Shown here one piece after another: positions 59,090 through 64,000 of a stretch of 64,000 nt of DNA (position 1 is its first letter; every line of letters begins with the position of its first letter). The stretch covers positions 490-64,489 of the forward strand of contig CAJAII010000002.1 of NCBI GenBank assembly GCA_903939755.1, in the 5' to 3' direction. A program made the translations under genes and the position numbers. This stretch comes from an uncultured Flavobacteriales bacterium. Lineage in GTDB: Bacteria > Bacteroidota > Bacteroidia > Flavobacteriales_D > Crocinitomicaceae. The notes beneath the pieces are model-generated. The model had not been told where the DNA came from, ran no database searches, and saw nothing but the letters and a program-made list of their open reading frames with translations.

Positions 59090-59942
59090 TATTAAAATTA
59101 TTGAATGTCCAAGAGATGCAATGCAGGGGATTGTTGAGTTTATTCCAACGTCCGTTAAAATTGATTATTTAAATAGTTTACTTAAATGTGGATTTGACAC
59201 CATTGATTTTGGAAGCTTTGTTTCTCCGAAGGCAATTCCTCAACTGCGAGATACTGCGCTTGTCTTAAAAGGCTTAGAATTGACCGAAAAGACTAAATTA
59301 TTAGCTATTGTTGCCAATGAAAGAGGCGCGAAAGAAGCATTAGAATATGATGAAATAAATTGTATTGGATTTCCATTTTCAATTTCTGAACAATTTCAAT
59401 TGAGAAATACGAATAGCTCAATTGCAGAAGCATTTGAAACGGTATCTCGAATTCAAGACTTAGTTACCAATAAGAATAAAACGTTGATAGTGTATTTATC
59501 GATGGGTTTTGGAAATCCATACGGAGATGAATGGAGCCCTAAGTTGGCGCTTACTTGGGCAGAAAAACTTTCGAATAAACTTGGGATTACGACCTTGGCT
59601 CTTTCCGACACGATTGGTTGTGCCACTGCTGAAAGTGTTCGTGGCTTATTTGAGGTTTTCAGCAGCGAATTACCAGGAGTTGAATTAGGTGCTCACTTCC
59701 ATGTGAAACCTAATCATTCTTATTCGTTGTTAGATGCTGCATTTGAATCGGGATGTAGGAGATTTGACGTCGCTTTTAAAGGAATGGGCGGTTGTCCTAT
59801 GGCGAAAGATGAATTAACAGGAAATTTAGGAACGGAAGAATTGCTAGATTGGATGACAGTAAATAATTTAGATAACAGGCTTGATAAGCTGGCTTTTTCA
59901 ACTGCGGAAGCCGCAGCGAGGCGATTATTTGAGGTGAATTAA
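59079..59942 (+). CDS. Hydroxymethylglutaryl-CoA lyase
   Basis: [28 protein letters not shown]. Confidence 0.88.
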   Translation: MSNSIKIIECPRDAMQGIVEFIPTSVKIDYLNSLLKCGFDTIDFGSFVSPKAIPQLRDTALVLKGLELTEKTKLLAIVANERGAKEALEYDEINCIGFPFSISEQFQLRNTNSSIAEAFETVSRIQDLVTNKNKTLIVYLSMGFGNPYGDEWSPKLALTWAEKLSNKLGITTLALSDTIGCATAESVRGLFEVFSSELPGVELGAHFHVKPNHSYSLLDAAFESGCRRFDVAFKGMGGCPMAKDELTGNLGTEELLDWMTVNNLDNRLDKLAFSTAEAAARRLFEVN

Positions 59943-59954
59943 AATAATTATTCT

Positions 59955-60641
59955 ATGACAAAAATTAAAGAAACGGGAAAGGTAAAGTCACCCAAACTAC
60001 TTTATAGAAGAGGAATTATATTTTTCATTAGTGTAATTGGGGTGGGTCTTTTATATTATTTTACATCTAAAAATGAGCAAGCTAAAGTCACTGATTTACC
60101 TAAAATTAGTTTGCCTGGAAAAGAGATCTCAACGGACTTTAATCTGAATAAATTTACGCAAGGAAATGAACGCCAATTACTTCATGAGTTAGGTATCTGT
60201 GATACTTTAACCGTAATAAATAATAATCTAGATATCCCGGCTTGTAGTCCAAAGTTTTTTAGATTTTTCCCATTGAAAAACAATACTGATTTTCAAAATG
60301 GCTTTATGTTATTGGTTAGGTCAGGTGTGCATGCTTTTCCAACTCGACTTTTACTTATTTATCAGCGGGAAGGCAAACAATTGGTTAAGGTGAATGGATT
60401 TAATGGGTATTTAATAGAGCGTAGAAAAACGAATACTGATTATGATGACATTGTTGTTCGTTTTTTCGAGCGTTACGATCGACAAAAGTACTTTTACCAT
60501 TGTGTATTTACGTGGGATAAAGGCACTTATAAATATGTAAATTGCGAAGAAATTAATGATCAAAAAGTCAAAAAAGATAAATTGGATTCTGTATCGCGAG
60601 TAGTTTATGGTTATTTACAAGATAAAAAACTTATTTTCTAA
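59955..60641 (+). CDS. Membrane-anchored protein of unknown function
   Basis: N-terminal TM segment IIFFISVIGVGLLYYF. No recognisable motif. Confidence 0.55.
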   Translation: MTKIKETGKVKSPKLLYRRGIIFFISVIGVGLLYYFTSKNEQAKVTDLPKISLPGKEISTDFNLNKFTQGNERQLLHELGICDTLTVINNNLDIPACSPKFFRFFPLKNNTDFQNGFMLLVRSGVHAFPTRLLLIYQREGKQLVKVNGFNGYLIERRKTNTDYDDIVVRFFERYDRQKYFYHCVFTWDKGTYKYVNCEEINDQKVKKDKLDSVSRVVYGYLQDKKLIF

Positions 60642-60666
60642 TACTTTATCAGTTTATTATTTTGAA

Positions 60667-61422
60667 TTAAAACTTTTCAAAAGCGCCTAAGCCAAAAAGC
60701 GCAAAATCATATTTAGCTGGGTCTTTGGCGTCGAATTTTCTGCAAATTTCAATGAGTTCCTCGCTCGTTTTCCAATCATTTTGAATTCGATTAATCATCT
60801 TCAGTTTCCTGGAAATTGTGGCGGTATGCACGTCTAATGGAATAAATAATTCACTTGTTGAAATGGATTTCCATAAACCAAAATCTACTCCTTTTTTTTC
60901 ATCCCTGACCATCCATCTTAAAAACATAACGATTCGTTTACAAGCAGAATTTTTCTGTGGATTAGAGATATGTTTATCACTTCGGATGTCGTGAGGAATT
61001 TCCATAAAATTCTTCCTGAAATGTTCAATTCTAAGCTTGCAATTCTTCTCATTCATAGGATTGAATGCCTGCTCAAGTCCTCCTTTATGTTGGTATATGT
61101 TTTTTAGGCTTTGCAAGAAAAAATCTAAATCGGTAGAATTGAATGTCCGGTGGGTAAATTTTGTTTCTATGTGAGATGATTGGTAATTCATTACAAAATC
61201 GTAGGGCGACTCACCCATAATGGTCATTAGTTTGTTCCCACTATTAATGATGCTTTTTCGATTTCCCCAAGCTAACATGGCAATTAAAAATGCACTAATT
61301 TCTATGTCTTCTTTCTGTATATAGCGATGTGGAATTTGTATGGGATCGTGTTCAATAAATTTGGGTGATTCGTAAAAGGAGGCTTTAAAATCAAGAAATT
61401 CCTTTAATTCGTTTTGTTCCAT
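60667..61422 (-). CDS. TIGR02757/DUF2400-like protein
   Basis: About 250 aa. DPIQIPHRY and LDVHT segments resemble this family. ATG at 61422. Confidence 0.55.
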   Translation of the reverse strand: MEQNELKEFLDFKASFYESPKFIEHDPIQIPHRYIQKEDIEISAFLIAMLAWGNRKSIINSGNKLMTIMGESPYDFVMNYQSSHIETKFTHRTFNSTDLDFFLQSLKNIYQHKGGLEQAFNPMNEKNCKLRIEHFRKNFMEIPHDIRSDKHISNPQKNSACKRIVMFLRWMVRDEKKGVDFGLWKSISTSELFIPLDVHTATISRKLKMINRIQNDWKTSEELIEICRKFDAKDPAKYDFALFGLGAFEKF

Positions 61423-61423
61423 T

Positions 61424-62077
61424 TTACCCAATGAAATTGCCGTCTTTCATGACTAATGTCCGATCGGCCATTTTAGCTAAGTTTTCATTATGCGTAACAA
61501 TAACAAATGTTTGTTTGAATTCCTCCCTTAATTGGAAGAACAATTCATGCAGTTCGCCTGCATTTTTTGAATCCAAGTTTCCCGAAGGTTCATCGGCAAA
61601 GATTATGGCGGGATTATTTATCAATGATCTACAAACGGCAACCCGTTGCTGTTCGCCACCCGATAATTCGGATGGCCGATGGTTAAAACGCGATTCGAGT
61701 CCAATTTTCGCTAAGATTTCTTTAGCTTTTTCCGTGGCTTCTTTTTTACTTAAGCCCATGATTAATGCAGGTAGCATAACATTTTCAAAGGCATTAAATT
61801 CTGGTAAAAGTTGATGAAATTGGAAGATAAATCCAATTTCCTTGTTCCTAAATCCAGCCATTTTGTTGCTGGATAGGGAGAATGGATCTATTCCATTGAT
61901 ACTCATCTTTCCACTGTCAGGTTTATCTAAAGTTCCGAGTATTTGTAGTAATGTCGTTTTTCCTGCACCTGAGGAGCCAACAATGGATACAATTTCGCTT
62001 TTTTTAACGTGTAGATCAACTCCTTTTAGGATTTGTAACTCGCCATAATTCTTATGGATTCCTGTTGCAATTAGCAT
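61424..62077 (-). CDS. ABC transporter ATP-binding protein (LolD/MacB-type ATPase)
   Basis: Walker [10 protein letters not shown], signature LSGGEQQR, Walker B IIFADEP. Confidence 0.88.
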   Translation of the reverse strand: MLIATGIHKNYGELQILKGVDLHVKKSEIVSIVGSSGAGKTTLLQILGTLDKPDSGKMSINGIDPFSLSSNKMAGFRNKEIGFIFQFHQLLPEFNAFENVMLPALIMGLSKKEATEKAKEILAKIGLESRFNHRPSELSGGEQQRVAVCRSLINNPAIIFADEPSGNLDSKNAGELHELFFQLREEFKQTFVIVTHNENLAKMADRTLVMKDGNFIG

Positions 62078-63291
62078 TATTTATCAATTTTTAAACTGTG
62101 TCCCATTTTATCTCTTTTGGTTCTCAGATACTTTGCATTGTGCACATTACTTGGAATTTCTAGGGAGATATTTTCAACAATTTCGAGGCCATATCCAATT
62201 AGACCAGTCCTTTTTTGCGGATTATTGGACATTAGTTTCATTTTATTCACTTTCAATTCCCGCAAAATTTGGGCTCCAATTCCATAGTCCCGTCCATCGG
62301 CCTTGAAACCTAATTCAATATTTGCTTCCATGGTATCCATTCCTCCTTCTTGAAGTTTGTATGCTTTTAGTTTGTTAACTAATCCAATACCTCTTCCTTC
62401 TTGATTCATGTATACAATTACGCCTTTACCTTCTTTTTCAATTTCTTCCATTGCGCTATGAAGTTGTGCCCCACAATCACAACGGCACGAACCAAAAATA
62501 TCTCCTGTTAAGCAAGAGGAATGCACTCGAACTAATATCGCTTCGTCCTTTTCCCAAGTTCCCTTCACCAATGCAAGGTGATCCATGTCATTACTTTTAT
62601 CTTTATAGGCATGTAATTGAAATTCGCCCCATTCAGTTGGCATGTGAACGTCGACGACCTTTTCAACTAAGGATTCATGTGCAATTCTATATTTAATTAA
62701 TTCTTCGATTGAAATAATTTTCAATTTGAATTTTTCCGCAATTTCTATTAATTGTGGCAGCCTTGCCATGGAGCCATCTTCATTTAAAATTTCAACGATT
62801 ATACCTGCCTCTTCAAAACCTGCCATTCGCGATAAATCAACTGCTGCTTCTGTATGTCCGGCACGTCTAAGTACGCCACCATTTCTTGCTTTGAGCGGAA
62901 ATATATGTCCCGGTTTCCCTAATTCTTCTGGTCTTGTAATGGGATCAATCATTGCTAAAACTGTTTTAGCACGATCGCTTGCAGAAATCCCTGTCGTACA
63001 ACCATGACCAATTAGGTCGATACTCACAGTAAATGGCGTTTCATAAGCAGCAGAGTTGTTGCTCACCATCATTTCTAGCCCTAATTTATCGCATCTTTCT
63101 TCACTTATTGGCGCACAGATTAATCCACGGCCATGCGTTGCCATAAAGTTGATAACTTCAGGCGTAGCATTTCTAGCAGCAGTTAAAAAATCCCCTTCAT
63201 TTTCACGGTCTTCATCATCAACGACAATAATCACCTCCCCCTGCTGAATAGCAGCAATTGCTTCCTCTATACTATTGAGTTGAAATTCCAT
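62077..63291 (-). CDS. ribBA: Bifunctional 3,4-dihydroxy-2-butanone-4-phosphate synthase / GTP cyclohydrolase II
   Basis: [20 protein letters not shown] and the C-terminal CxxGDxxGSxRCDC region. Confidence 0.93.
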   Translation of the reverse strand: MEFQLNSIEEAIAAIQQGEVIIVVDDEDRENEGDFLTAARNATPEVINFMATHGRGLICAPISEERCDKLGLEMMVSNNSAAYETPFTVSIDLIGHGCTTGISASDRAKTVLAMIDPITRPEELGKPGHIFPLKARNGGVLRRAGHTEAAVDLSRMAGFEEAGIIVEILNEDGSMARLPQLIEIAEKFKLKIISIEELIKYRIAHESLVEKVVDVHMPTEWGEFQLHAYKDKSNDMDHLALVKGTWEKDEAILVRVHSSCLTGDIFGSCRCDCGAQLHSAMEEIEKEGKGVIVYMNQEGRGIGLVNKLKAYKLQEGGMDTMEANIELGFKADGRDYGIGAQILRELKVNKMKLMSNNPQKRTGLIGYGLEIVENISLEIPSNVHNAKYLRTKRDKMGHSLKIDK

Positions 63292-63295
63292 ATTT

Positions 63296-64000
63296 TTAAT
63301 TACTTGGTGTTGACGCTAATGTTTTTAAATAAAATCCCCAGAATTTTTGCACAGAAGATATTTGCACTTTTTCATCTGGAGAGTGTGCAGCCCGAATATT
63401 TGGTCCGAAAGAAATCATATCTACACCCGGTAAATGCACACCAAGGATTCCACATTCCAATCCTGCGTGACATGCTTTCACTTTTGGTTCTTCTTCAAAT
63501 AAATTCACATACAAATCCCGCATAAGTTGTAAGATCTCTGAACTTGGATTAGGTTTCCATCCTGGATAATCACCTCCTTGTGTTACTGTTGCGCCTATTA
63601 GTTCGAAACAAGCTCTAATCGACATAGCTACTTCCGCTTTTGTTGATTCTACAGAACTTCTTTGCAGCGATTGTGTCGAAAAATTACCATCTTTAATTAT
63701 CACTCGTGCTAAACTTGAAGAAGCTTCAACCAATCCCTCAATGTCGGGACTCATTCGAAACACACCATTATTTACTGCGCACAAGGCATTAATTGTTTTG
63801 TTAAATACATCTGATTCCATGGCTTTTCCAGAAGCCGATGTTGCATGGAGATCAATTTTAAAATTGGGTTCAATCGTTTTGAATTCTTCCATTATTACAG
63901 CAGTATCCAATTGAAATAGTGTTTTGAATGCAATGTCGTTATCTGAATGGATGGCAATTTGAGTCGTAGCTTCTCTAGGAATAGCATTTCTGAGACTTCC
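63296..64000 (-). CDS. pepD: Aminoacyl-histidine dipeptidase (M20 family, PepD-like), C-terminal part (5' end outside window)
   Basis: The frame is open to the window edge ([11 protein letters not shown]...). The HAGLECGIL motif is present. The M at 63910 in the track is an internal TTG. Confidence 0.85.
   Translation of the reverse strand, partial: GSLRNAIPREATTQIAIHSDNDIAFKTLFQLDTAVIMEEFKTIEPNFKIDLHATSASGKAMESDVFNKTINALCAVNNGVFRMSPDIEGLVEASSSLARVIIKDGNFSTQSLQRSSVESTKAEVAMSIRACFELIGATVTQGGDYPGWKPNPSSEILQLMRDLYVNLFEEEPKVKACHAGLECGILGVHLPGVDMISFGPNIRAAHSPDEKVQISSVQKFWGFYLKTLASTPSN

Noticed and set aside
63292-63295. Expected FMN riboswitch upstream of ribBA
   Set aside because: Only 4 bp separate ribBA from the pepD stop, so there is no room for a leader. 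ribBA appears co-transcribed with pepD.

Overview
AT-rich chromosomal window, almost certainly from a member of the Bacteroidota (Flavobacteriia-like). Supporting this are several very large secreted proteins with gliding-motility/T9SS C-terminal sorting domains, SprB/PKD/SBBP repeats, TAnnTTTG-type -7 promoter boxes, and DUF4290-murA and xerD/aroQ neighbourhoods. About 55 densely packed protein genes, mostly core housekeeping: purL, murA, gdhA, glyA, lpxB, surE, pyrD, ribBA, pepD, aroQ, xerD, methylmalonyl-CoA mutase, an M16 peptidase pair, and a fused 2-oxoacid dehydrogenase E1. One RNA gene the ORF track cannot show is a 98-nt SRP (4.5S/ffs) RNA at 18085-18182. No tRNA, rRNA, CRISPR array, transposase or phage genes were seen. 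The non-ordinary parts are: (1) the left end (about 900-2770), where a roughly 56% G+C tandem 86-bp hairpin-forming repeat sits beside an orphan 3' fragment of the glycosyltransferase-9 gene, and a 65-bp perfect direct repeat brackets a single AAA+ (DUF4143-type) ATPase gene; (2) a translationally coupled cassette at 18569-21244 encoding a ribulose-phosphate-epimerase-like TIM barrel fused to a CBS pair, a DAHP-synthase (KPRTS motif) and a KdsC-family phosphatase with an N-terminal extension, followed by a eukaryote-like lysine-ketoglutarate-reductase homologue; (3) several T9SS cargo genes with unusual repeat architecture. All functional calls come from reading the translated ORFs and motifs by eye; no database search was run.
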